A stretch of DNA of 64,000 nt, from the IMG/VR virus record IMGVR_UViG_3300028388_003025, positions 15,121 to 79,120 of that record. One strand, written 5' to 3'. The translations under genes were made by a program, and so were the position numbers. Source of the DNA: a virus. The notes beneath the pieces are model-generated. The model saw nothing but the letters and a program-made list of their open reading frames with translations. It ran no database searches and was not told the origin of the DNA. Positions 54,578 through 63,157 of the stretch are shown piece by piece (position 1 is the stretch's first letter; every line of letters begins with the position of its first letter).

Positions 54578-55474
54578 ATGAGTAATAGCTACGAACATCC
54601 AATGTACGAGTTCCTTGTGTGGAATGATTGTGGAAACAATTGTAGATTCTGCTGGCAAAAGCATTTTAATGACAAGACAAAGATGCTTGAGTCAGAAGCA
54701 GACAAAACAAAATCTTTACAAGAAGTTTTTAGAATGATTAATGATCCTGAGTTCTTTGAGGCAGGTTCTGACATATTACTTTGCGGTGGTGAGATATTTG
54801 ATAATCTAAATTACAATCTAGACCTTGCCTTGCAGGATATTATAAGACTTATAGTTGATAAGATTAAGAAGAAGGAGATTAGATATTTCTATATGAATAC
54901 TAATTTGATATACAAAGACCTGACAGACTTGTCAGTTGTATTGCAATATCTTGCTACAAATGATGTACTTGGCAACTTTATATTCACAACATCATATGAT
55001 ATTTATGGCAGGTATAAGGATAAAGAAGCTGAGACATTGTTCCTAAGGAACCTTAAAGTAATCAAGGCAAGCTTTCCTAACATAAACATAGCTGTAAACA
55101 TGATAATGACTAAGCAATTATGTAGCGAAATACTAGATAATGGCTTTTCTATAAAAGAATTCTCTGACTTCTATCAAGTAAAGGTGAACACCATCCCGTA
55201 CATAACCCTACATGAAGATATGCAGCCTACAAAGAACGAGGTATTTAAGGCTCTCTTAAAGATAGACAAAGAACTTCCTGGTTATTTTAAGCACTATACA
55301 GAAAACTTTGATTTAGATCAGAAGAAAATACTGCTTGAGTATATAAAAGATATTGGATACCAGGAGTGTACATCGGAATACGATGATTGTGGCCACAACA
55401 CTAACTTTAAGAAGGCATTTTCTGATGGTTCTTGCTATATCTGTAACTGTAAAAATTTACTTGAATCTATGTAA
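54578..55474 (+). CDS. Radical SAM protein, paralogue 6
   Basis: VWNDCGNNCRFC, LCGGE, TSYDIYGRY, CGHNTNFKKAFSDGSCYICN; SD aggagg. Confidence 0.9.
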   Translation: MSNSYEHPMYEFLVWNDCGNNCRFCWQKHFNDKTKMLESEADKTKSLQEVFRMINDPEFFEAGSDILLCGGEIFDNLNYNLDLALQDIIRLIVDKIKKKEIRYFYMNTNLIYKDLTDLSVVLQYLATNDVLGNFIFTTSYDIYGRYKDKEAETLFLRNLKVIKASFPNINIAVNMIMTKQLCSEILDNGFSIKEFSDFYQVKVNTIPYITLHEDMQPTKNEVFKALLKIDKELPGYFKHYTENFDLDQKKILLEYIKDIGYQECTSEYDDCGHNTNFKKAFSDGSCYICNCKNLLESM

Positions 55475-55478
55475 AACG

Positions 55479-55487
55479 TGATATAAT
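55479..55487 (+). promoter_or_regulatory. Extended -10 promoter TGaTATAAT, leaderless start of 55494
   Basis: TG 55479-55480, TATAAT 55482-55487, ATG 55494. Confidence 0.6.
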
Positions 55488-55493
55488 TATCAC

Positions 55494-55940
55494 ATGCGCG
55501 TTACTATTTACGGCGATGGGGTAATAGAGTTTCGGCTCAACAAAGACATATACTTCCTGGAAAAGGTCATAAAAGCTAGGCTTAAAACTGGCGACTACAT
55601 AATAGAAGATATAATCAGCCCTGTAAGGCTAGAGTCTGCTGCTAGTAACCAGAAAGAACTATGCACCATGCACGACTTTGGGTGGAGCGCTATATGTAAA
55701 CATGACTATGTAATGGACTTAGCTCCTATACATCTAAGCCCAGCAGGATCAAAGAAGAAGACAGACCACAAGGTATTGATAAATTTCAGAGATAAAGATT
55801 CCAATATAAGAATATATAATCTGATCAGAGATGAAATGGAGAAGGCTGGATACTTGCGCATAACCATTACTGATGACAGGCACGGCCCATCTGTTGCTGA
55901 CAAGCTATTATCTTGCTTTAAAAAAGACAATGAAGCTTGA
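55494..55940 (+). CDS. Hypothetical protein
   Basis: 148-aa ORF after a promoter. Confidence 0.7.
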   Translation: MRVTIYGDGVIEFRLNKDIYFLEKVIKARLKTGDYIIEDIISPVRLESAASNQKELCTMHDFGWSAICKHDYVMDLAPIHLSPAGSKKKTDHKVLINFRDKDSNIRIYNLIRDEMEKAGYLRITITDDRHGPSVADKLLSCFKKDNEA

Positions 55941-56136
55941 TGAAGAAACATACTTCTCTATATTAATCATTATAATAATGCTTAGCCTTGCTGTGCATAG
56001 CGTAGCTTTACACTATTTCTTAAAACAAAAGACTCAGACTATTGATGGCCAGCTAAGATACATTAAAAATATGCGTAATACTAATGTTAATAAGTATTAT
56101 GGAGCAGTGTGGAATAGAATAGAATCAGACAACTAA
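55930..56136 (+). CDS. Small single-pass membrane protein (lysis accessory?); start probably ATG 55930
   Basis: YFSILIIIIMLSLAVHSVALHYFL hydrophobic helix; next to holin/endolysin. Confidence 0.5.
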   Translation: MKLDEETYFSILIIIIMLSLAVHSVALHYFLKQKTQTIDGQLRYIKNMRNTNVNKYYGAVWNRIESDN

Positions 56137-56177
56137 CTGTGCTATAATTTTATTATCAAAAATTTGGAGGAATTATT

Positions 56178-56597
56178 ATGGAAGTTTTAGATTTAGCAAG
56201 AGAGTTCTTAGTATCAAACCCGCTATCAGGTAACCCATGGCAGATATTGGTAAAGCTGGTGTCATGGACATTTATTTCAGCATTCCTATACTGGGTAGCT
56301 GACAAGTTTCTTAATGGTGTCCTAGAGAAAAATGGTGGCGTATATAAAGTTGCAGTATCAAAAGCAAAACTTGGAGTGACAATGTTTGCTGGACTATTTT
56401 TCAAATATGTTATAAACCCATTCATTGCTTTTGTTGAAAGAATTGACGACGAAGGCATCGACAAGATAAAAGAAAAACTACCTAAGTCTGGAGAAAAAAT
56501 ACAAGATGATGTTATTTCTTTGGTTGATGAGATAGTTGTAATGTTTGAGGGTACTGTAAAAAAGTTGAAGAAACTAAAGAAGGACATATCGGACTAA
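56178..56597 (+). CDS. Putative holin
   Basis: Two hydrophobic helices and a charged C-terminus; SD ggagg; TGcTATAAT at 56140-56148; coupled to the endolysin gene. Confidence 0.55.
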   Translation: MEVLDLAREFLVSNPLSGNPWQILVKLVSWTFISAFLYWVADKFLNGVLEKNGGVYKVAVSKAKLGVTMFAGLFFKYVINPFIAFVERIDDEGIDKIKEKLPKSGEKIQDDVISLVDEIVVMFEGTVKKLKKLKKDISD

Positions 56598-57061
56598 TGT
56601 TTAATGACGAAAGAGTAACTGAAAACTTTAAGTCTATAGAATATTTTAAAAAGCAAGACGACTTTGTTAAAAAAATACACGACAAGGGCCGTCCTTTAAG
56701 ATGGTACATAGATAAAGAGCTTGCTCATAGAAACCAGGCAATCAGAGATATACTTAATAGGGCATATAAAAATCCTGTATATGTCAGCATAACCTCTGGG
56801 GCAAGGACTGCAGAATATAATCAGCAACTTAAAGACAGGGGCTATAACGCTAGTGATGTTTCTCAACATATGTTTCAGAGAGCAACAGATATACAGGCTT
56901 ATTACTTTAATGACAATGGAGATAAAGTATTTATACCATCTGCAGACATAATTGAAATACTTAAGAATAACTTTAAGTATGGAGCTTATGGTGCCGTTAA
57001 TGAGTACACTGTACATCACGATACAAGAAATGCAGACGGCTGGGTTGAAATAAAATATTAG
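56597..57061 (+). CDS. Endolysin, Peptidase M15A-type Zn peptidase
   Basis: ITSGART..YN, SQHMFQRATD (H-x6-D), VHHDTR. Confidence 0.85.
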   Translation: MFNDERVTENFKSIEYFKKQDDFVKKIHDKGRPLRWYIDKELAHRNQAIRDILNRAYKNPVYVSITSGARTAEYNQQLKDRGYNASDVSQHMFQRATDIQAYYFNDNGDKVFIPSADIIEILKNNFKYGAYGAVNEYTVHHDTRNADGWVEIKY

Positions 57062-57069
57062 GGATTTAA

Positions 57070-58149
57070 ATGGCTAGCAATGTTGATTTATATATAGGTA
57101 GACAGTCAGATGCCAATGCTAGAGGAACTTACTTAATCTCTGGCGGTCAAGCCTCTGATGTATTATCTGATCTTTTGATAGACAGGGTTCAAGCTTCTTC
57201 ATATATGCTAGATGAAGAATATTATGTATATTCTGGCGGATCAGACATAGCTGTAGGTCCCAATATTTCTAACGGCATTGTTTATCTTGACGCAACAGGA
57301 CTTGTAATCACAGATGACGCATCATCTATTCCTGATTATGCAATATTTCTTGCAACATTTGACTCTGACGGATCAAGGATAACAAGGTTCAGTCCTTTGT
57401 TTGGTTCTGAAGAATTAGACATATCAGAACTTATTGAAGACACTACATGCTTTGTATTCCCTGGAACAAGTATAATATCTGTATCGACAGACCCAGGAGG
57501 ACTTGATGTTTCATGGGCAGGAGACCTAGAAGTAACTCTTGCAAATTCTAATGCTGGAGCAGCAACTAAGAATATAGTAGAGGCTGCTAATGCAGTTATA
57601 GATAATGGAGAGATAGTTTATGTTTCTGTTAATAGAGCTGTAGATTCTCAAGTAATTACCCCAAACATAATTGATCTTGCTTCTGCAGACTTATCACAGA
57701 ATGATGTTATACTTTTTTATAATCTTAATGGCGTTATCTATGCTCCGAGAATCCCTGGGTTTCAACCAGCAGATGATGGTTATATTTATAATCCTGCAAA
57801 TATTAATGGAGCTACATATATAACTTATGATAATGCTACTTCAGAAATGTCTGCAGTCACTGTGCAACAAGCAATTGATGAGCTTGATACAAGGATTGAA
57901 GAGCTTCCAATCTTCTTTGCAGAAGAAGAAGTTCAACCAACTGCCACTAATACTCCTGGTAATACAACCTTCATACCAGCAAACATTGGTCAAGTTGAAA
58001 TATTTGTTAACGGCATACGTATGATAAACGGAGCGACAAGAGATTTTACTGTCGACGTAAGCGGAGTAGTAACATGGAACGATGTTAATGCTGGCTTCGA
58101 TTTAGAGACTACTGATAAAGTCTTTTACAAATATGTTAAGCAGGCCTAG
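57070..58149 (+). CDS. Tail fibre/baseplate-associated protein
   Basis: Shares a segment with 39042..42836 (ANAVIDNGEIVYVSVNR vs ANVAIADGEYAYVIFDR); ITYDNATSEMSAVTVQQAIDEL fibre motif; IFVNGIRM..DFT module. Confidence 0.7.
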   Translation: MASNVDLYIGRQSDANARGTYLISGGQASDVLSDLLIDRVQASSYMLDEEYYVYSGGSDIAVGPNISNGIVYLDATGLVITDDASSIPDYAIFLATFDSDGSRITRFSPLFGSEELDISELIEDTTCFVFPGTSIISVSTDPGGLDVSWAGDLEVTLANSNAGAATKNIVEAANAVIDNGEIVYVSVNRAVDSQVITPNIIDLASADLSQNDVILFYNLNGVIYAPRIPGFQPADDGYIYNPANINGATYITYDNATSEMSAVTVQQAIDELDTRIEELPIFFAEEEVQPTATNTPGNTTFIPANIGQVEIFVNGIRMINGATRDFTVDVSGVVTWNDVNAGFDLETTDKVFYKYVKQA

Positions 58150-58152
58150 AGT

Positions 58153-58704
58153 ATGCCTAAAAGATTCACCGTATACAAAGATAAGATACAGAGATATGAA
58201 GGTCTTGAAGATACTTTCACAATCGGCAGCGTTGTATACAATAATATATTCCTAGAGCCGATTGGATCGGACAGAGATGTTATAATTAGCGATGATGTAA
58301 ATGCATTGGCGACAATACTTTATGTTACAAATATAGGTACAATTCATTCGTTGATAGTAAAGGTTCATTCTGGAGCACTTGTAGGAACTATCCCACCTGG
58401 CGGAACTGCTATACTTTATCATAAGGGCGACGACAATTGGGCTATAATAAAGTCAATCGACGCTATTGCCAATCCAAACTTCTTGTCAGAGCTTGTTATC
58501 ACAACAAAAGATCAGAATGTTTATACGCTCGTCAATACTCCATCTGATCCAACCAAAACACATGTATATATAAATGGCCAGAGATTAATTTATACAGATG
58601 ATTATACCGTGTCTTCGAATCAGCTAACTCTTTATCCAGATTCTATAGGATTTAACATTGAAGATGGGTATAGACTTATTGTAGAATGGTTAATACAAAC
58701 TTAA
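58153..58704 (+). CDS. Fibre-associated beta protein
   Basis: C-terminal VYINGQRL..DDYT module shared with neighbouring genes. Confidence 0.7.
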   Translation: MPKRFTVYKDKIQRYEGLEDTFTIGSVVYNNIFLEPIGSDRDVIISDDVNALATILYVTNIGTIHSLIVKVHSGALVGTIPPGGTAILYHKGDDNWAIIKSIDAIANPNFLSELVITTKDQNVYTLVNTPSDPTKTHVYINGQRLIYTDDYTVSSNQLTLYPDSIGFNIEDGYRLIVEWLIQT

Positions 58705-58713
58705 AGGACTATT

Positions 58714-59109
58714 ATGCTAATACCGTCTAAACAACTTAAATATGATTTCAATAAAATACCAGACTGGGAAACAGCAACTCTATACAAGGTTGGATATGCT
58801 GTGTTTTATAACAATGCTATCTTTATATGTACTGAAGAACATACATCTGGTGCAACTCTTGACTATGCAAAGTTCGCAACATCAATAGAGATAATGACAG
58901 AAGATGTCTTCTCTTTAATATTAGGAACTAATGACTATACATTATCAGGGACGCCAATAAGGCCTAATGATTCACTTGTGTTTATAAATGGCCAGAAGCT
59001 GAAATACAATACAGACTATACAATAAGCGCTGATGTATTAACACTTATACCAGCAGCTCTTGGCTATGTGCCAAGCGATAGTTTGTCAATGAGTGTACAT
59101 TGGTCATAG
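58714..59109 (+). CDS. Small virion protein with a CBM5/12-like carbohydrate-binding module
   Basis: WETATLYKVGYAVFYNNAIFICTEEHTSG (W...Y..G..V.Y....C...HTS), plus a VFINGQKL..DYT module. Confidence 0.7.
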   Translation: MLIPSKQLKYDFNKIPDWETATLYKVGYAVFYNNAIFICTEEHTSGATLDYAKFATSIEIMTEDVFSLILGTNDYTLSGTPIRPNDSLVFINGQKLKYNTDYTISADVLTLIPAALGYVPSDSLSMSVHWS

Positions 59110-59152
59110 ATATATAGTATAATTAAAACAACAATATCGGAGGGAACATATT

Positions 59153-60166
59153 ATGGTTAGAATAGCTGACGAACAAGTCAATCACCTGGAAGGAATAGTT
59201 TTAAAAGTAGACAATTATACACCGCCATCGGCAGGGGCTGGGTTTTCGGAAGCGGCTCTAACTACCGCTATAAACGCAGTGTTAACACCTATAGAAGATG
59301 GTCTCGGATCAAACCTTGCAGATACATTTGCTGGTAACGACTCAACACCAGGGCTTGCTTGTCCATTAGAAAAACTTTGTGAAGTAAGAGACAATGCTTC
59401 TCAAGACCCACGCAATGATGATGTCACAAATTCAGAGATACATTGTTTAATCTCTAGAAAATATACATCACATTCATTTGTTACAGTGACTGGTATTGAT
59501 ATTGACTTTGTTTCTCAAGCATCTCCAGCTGATGCAATTAATAATTATATTAGTTTTGATAATACGACTGGCGAAATATCTTATTCATCTGACGGTGGAT
59601 CAACATATGGAGCAGCGGTAGACATAAGCACGGCAGCAGTTAATGATGTTTTTAAACTTAATGATAATGGTAGTACGTCTTATGTTGTTATAAGAGTAAA
59701 TGGAGCAGCATTGCCAGTAGCAATAGTTGATGAAGTATTCACAGTAGCTGATGATAACTATGCACTCGGATTCTTTAGTTGGTCTGCAGGCGCATATATA
59801 CCAGTGTTTAATAATAACTTAGCAGCAATTGATTTTGGAATCCCTGTTATCTGTAGGTGGGAAGCAAAGAAGCCTTCTTATAATCTAGACATAATGTCAG
59901 GCAAATTTCTTGATGTTGTTTCTGCAGGTGCAGAAAAATATTATGTAGAGAAGCTAACTCCATCAGCGCTAAACACAATCCCAGATCTTGCATACGAACC
60001 AAGTGTTCCAGCAAGAACTAGCCTTGAAGTTAATGGTGTTGATTTAGTTTATGGAGCTGGCGATGGATTTACAATTGCAACAAAAGCAGTTACTGTTTAC
60101 CCTTCTAATCTTGGTTATAACATTCAAACTTCTTTCGACGTTGTTGCAAAATACTTTAGAGTTTAG
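59153..60166 (+). CDS. Fibre-associated structural protein
   Basis: SD ggagg; TATAAT 59118-59123 upstream; C-terminal LEVNGVDL..GFT module. Confidence 0.7.
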   Translation: MVRIADEQVNHLEGIVLKVDNYTPPSAGAGFSEAALTTAINAVLTPIEDGLGSNLADTFAGNDSTPGLACPLEKLCEVRDNASQDPRNDDVTNSEIHCLISRKYTSHSFVTVTGIDIDFVSQASPADAINNYISFDNTTGEISYSSDGGSTYGAAVDISTAAVNDVFKLNDNGSTSYVVIRVNGAALPVAIVDEVFTVADDNYALGFFSWSAGAYIPVFNNNLAAIDFGIPVICRWEAKKPSYNLDIMSGKFLDVVSAGAEKYYVEKLTPSALNTIPDLAYEPSVPARTSLEVNGVDLVYGAGDGFTIATKAVTVYPSNLGYNIQTSFDVVAKYFRV

Positions 60167-60175
60167 TGAGGCATT

Positions 60176-63154
60176 ATGGTTTTAGATGGGTCACAGCTTA
60201 ATTTAAGAGTAGCCGACATAGCTTCTGCTGAAGCGCTAGGTGGAGCAATTCACCAAATGATATATGTTGATGTTACAGAAACTATGTATAGATACGTAGT
60301 ATCAGGCGCAGCGTTAACTCCAGACAGTAAATATATATTAAACACACTTGATGCTGGAGACACAAGACTTGTTGGAGTTTCTGGCAAGTATGCTCTTGAG
60401 CCTAAAGAACTATTAAAGCTTGATACAACTTATGTTGTTAGTGGCACAGAAGCATTAGGTCAATCGTTTTGGAATGCTGACAAGCATTGTATGTCTACAG
60501 TCTATGAGTTTGGCGCAGTTTATGATCACGGCTTTGAGCTATACAAGTTCGGAACTGATGAAGGGAATAATTTTCCTGAAGGATCTCCGGTTTCATCTAA
60601 GGGCGTTGTCGGAAACAAGGTTGCGTTTGAGCTAACAGATGCATCAAGCACATCAACTAATCACCATAAATATATAGGATTAATAACAACAGCTCCTGAT
60701 TCTGGAAACAGATTTGTAACCAGAGAAGGTGATGTTAACGGCATTGATACTACAGGTGCAACTCTTTCTTTTGGCGGCGCAGAGTCATGGAATGAAGGGG
60801 ATATACTATATGTAGATCCTGTTAATCCTGGCTATATGACAAATGTAATGCCTGATGCTCCTAATAATGTAATACACGTAGGTGAAATAACAATAGGACA
60901 TGCTACTGAGGGTCAGATTGCTCTACTAAGAAGCGTTCACGAGAGACTCACTGAGCTTGCAGATGTAAACGGAACAGCTCTCACATATACTGGACAGTTT
61001 CCAATCTGGGATCAGACGAACGGTTTCTTTGATTTCACACACGACTTCTTGCAAAAAGGAGATGGTACTGGCCTACCTAATCAGTCAGACACAGTTATAA
61101 CATATAATGAAACTACCCGAGTTCTTAGCATTAACCCTGTTGGGGCTAGCTTTGACTACTATATTAAAGGCAAGAAATATACATCGACGGGCCTCGACTT
61201 CGCCGCGCATGCAGCAGTTACTGGTGGATATTTTCTCTATATTGATTCAAACAATAATCCACAAGTATCAACAACTCCATGGACTATTATCGGAAATGAA
61301 GTTCCAGTTGCTTATGTGTATTATAATTCTGTTCTTGGAGAAGCATTTGTTTTTAATGAAAGACATATGTCTACAAGAAACTTAGAAGCTCACCTTGAAT
61401 TTCATGAAGCTATAGGAACACGTTACGTTTCTGGCCTAGCCGCAAGCGCTTACAACCTTAGCCCCGTGACCCCAGTAGATGCAGATAACCAATTTAGCAT
61501 TGCTTTTGGAGAAACAAGAGATGAGGATATTCCTAATGATATAGCTGGAGTAGCAGCTGCTGGTCCATACTATATATTCTATAGATCAGGAGCAAGCGGA
61601 GACTGGACCTGGGTTACTAGCACAGTCCCTTTCCCTGTTGGCACATATGTTCAATATAACGAAGATACAGGAGCAACATGGCAATTAACAGACATGGCTG
61701 CAAACAAATATATAAATGTATATGTTATAGCCATTCAAGAAATTAATGGTGCTAAACAAACAGCAGTAATCATTGATCAAAATCAGCATGATAATTTAAC
61801 AGAAGCTCAAGGATCTTCCTTTACAGAAGATATAAGTACAGGAACGTTTCCTTTTCAAGAGATTGCTCTAATCCATAAGTTCACGCTAAGAACTAGTGCA
61901 GCATATACAAGTACTGGTAAATGTAGGGTTGAAGCATATGAGGACTTAAGAGGAACAACAGCTAGACAGATAGTTTCAGGTGGCGCATCTTCTCAGCATA
62001 ATTCATTAGCGGGCCTACAGCTTGCAGGGCTGGGCGTTACTTACGGGCACATAAATGATCAAGCACAAATAATAGCAGGGGTTAAGACCTTTAGTAGTTT
62101 TGCTATAACACCAAGCTCTGCACCAACTACAGATTATCAGGTAGCTAATAAAAAATATGTTGATGACAATATAAGTGGGCCTATTATTTCTGATGCTACA
62201 TTAGCAGGTGCAGGAACAGTGGCAAGTCCATTAGGCATTGATTTATCAAATGCAAATAGCTGGACAGGGCTGCAAACGCTTACATCTCCATCTGCCGGAA
62301 ATACAGACAGGACAGTGTTGGCAATAAATGGTATCGTTAATGAACCTACGACTAATCCTTTTGCATTATCAATAGATTACTCTGTAACAGATGTAGATAG
62401 TACGAGAGATTTTGGAAAAATATCTTTTAAAACTAATGATACTTCTGAAAATATAAATACAGAGTTTTCAATTTCAACTTATAACAACTCGTCTTTATCA
62501 GAGAAATTCGTTATTGAGCCTAATGGAACAATAATATCTAAGGTTACAGGTTATGAGAATTTAGTAACCTCTGATAATGATATACCAAACAAGAAATATG
62601 TAGATGATAATGCAACAAGTCCAGCTGGAAGCAACATGGAAGTTCAATATAATAATAGCGGTTCATTTGGAGCTAGTAGTGGGTTTAAGTATAATGCTAT
62701 GGCAGAGGGAATAGAGCTATCTGGTGGAGCACCAACATTTTCTTTAACAGATGCTTCTACAACAACTGCTCAATTTTTCATGGACGGGTTAGGAAATCTA
62801 GCACTAAATCAATTCTTAACAACACCAAGTTCTGCACCTACAACTGATTATCAAGTAGCTAACAAGAAATATGTAGATGACAATGGTGGAGTTGCTACAG
62901 ACAGCTTTAGCGTTAAAGCATCTGGTGGAGATGAAGCATGGAGTGGTTCAGGGCCATATACAGCAACAAGAACAGCGGCAGAGCATGGTATTGGTCAAAC
63001 ACCAGCCTATGCTTTATTGATAAAATGTTATGAGAGTGATGGCTCTACGGGGTATGATGAAGTTATTCCCAGCAATATTAATATTAATGCTAGTGGTGAT
63101 GTAGAAATTACAATGCCTACTAATAATGACTTATACGTCTATATCTCAGGGTAA
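60176..63154 (+). CDS. Tail fibre / receptor-binding protein
   Basis: T/G/S-rich beta protein; repeated (V/P)ANKKYVDD-type fibre motifs; SPAGSNMEVQYNNSGSFGASS fibre motif. Confidence 0.8.
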   Translation: MVLDGSQLNLRVADIASAEALGGAIHQMIYVDVTETMYRYVVSGAALTPDSKYILNTLDAGDTRLVGVSGKYALEPKELLKLDTTYVVSGTEALGQSFWNADKHCMSTVYEFGAVYDHGFELYKFGTDEGNNFPEGSPVSSKGVVGNKVAFELTDASSTSTNHHKYIGLITTAPDSGNRFVTREGDVNGIDTTGATLSFGGAESWNEGDILYVDPVNPGYMTNVMPDAPNNVIHVGEITIGHATEGQIALLRSVHERLTELADVNGTALTYTGQFPIWDQTNGFFDFTHDFLQKGDGTGLPNQSDTVITYNETTRVLSINPVGASFDYYIKGKKYTSTGLDFAAHAAVTGGYFLYIDSNNNPQVSTTPWTIIGNEVPVAYVYYNSVLGEAFVFNERHMSTRNLEAHLEFHEAIGTRYVSGLAASAYNLSPVTPVDADNQFSIAFGETRDEDIPNDIAGVAAAGPYYIFYRSGASGDWTWVTSTVPFPVGTYVQYNEDTGATWQLTDMAANKYINVYVIAIQEINGAKQTAVIIDQNQHDNLTEAQGSSFTEDISTGTFPFQEIALIHKFTLRTSAAYTSTGKCRVEAYEDLRGTTARQIVSGGASSQHNSLAGLQLAGLGVTYGHINDQAQIIAGVKTFSSFAITPSSAPTTDYQVANKKYVDDNISGPIISDATLAGAGTVASPLGIDLSNANSWTGLQTLTSPSAGNTDRTVLAINGIVNEPTTNPFALSIDYSVTDVDSTRDFGKISFKTNDTSENINTEFSISTYNNSSLSEKFVIEPNGTIISKVTGYENLVTSDNDIPNKKYVDDNATSPAGSNMEVQYNNSGSFGASSGFKYNAMAEGIELSGGAPTFSLTDASTTTAQFFMDGLGNLALNQFLTTPSSAPTTDYQVANKKYVDDNGGVATDSFSVKASGGDEAWSGSGPYTATRTAAEHGIGQTPAYALLIKCYESDGSTGYDEVIPSNININASGDVEITMPTNNDLYVYISG
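62108..62884 (+). repeat. Internal repeat TPSSAPTTDYQVANKKYVDDN (62108-62170 and 62822-62884) plus a partial copy near 62578-62610
   Basis: Identical peptides with many synonymous differences. Confidence 0.85.
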
Positions 63155-63157
63155 ATA

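Noticed and set aside
44992-55474. 7-deazaguanine (QueE/QueC/QueD/FolE/DpdA) or anaerobic RNR-activase explanation for the rSAM genes
   Set aside because: None of the partner genes or their motifs is visible, and six paralogues with a CGH-CxxC tail do not fit those single-copy enzymes.
57715-57732. FYNLNG in 57070..58149 resembling the YFNLNG tag
   Set aside because: Internal, not preceded by Ser, and aligns to an unrelated beta strand; probably chance.
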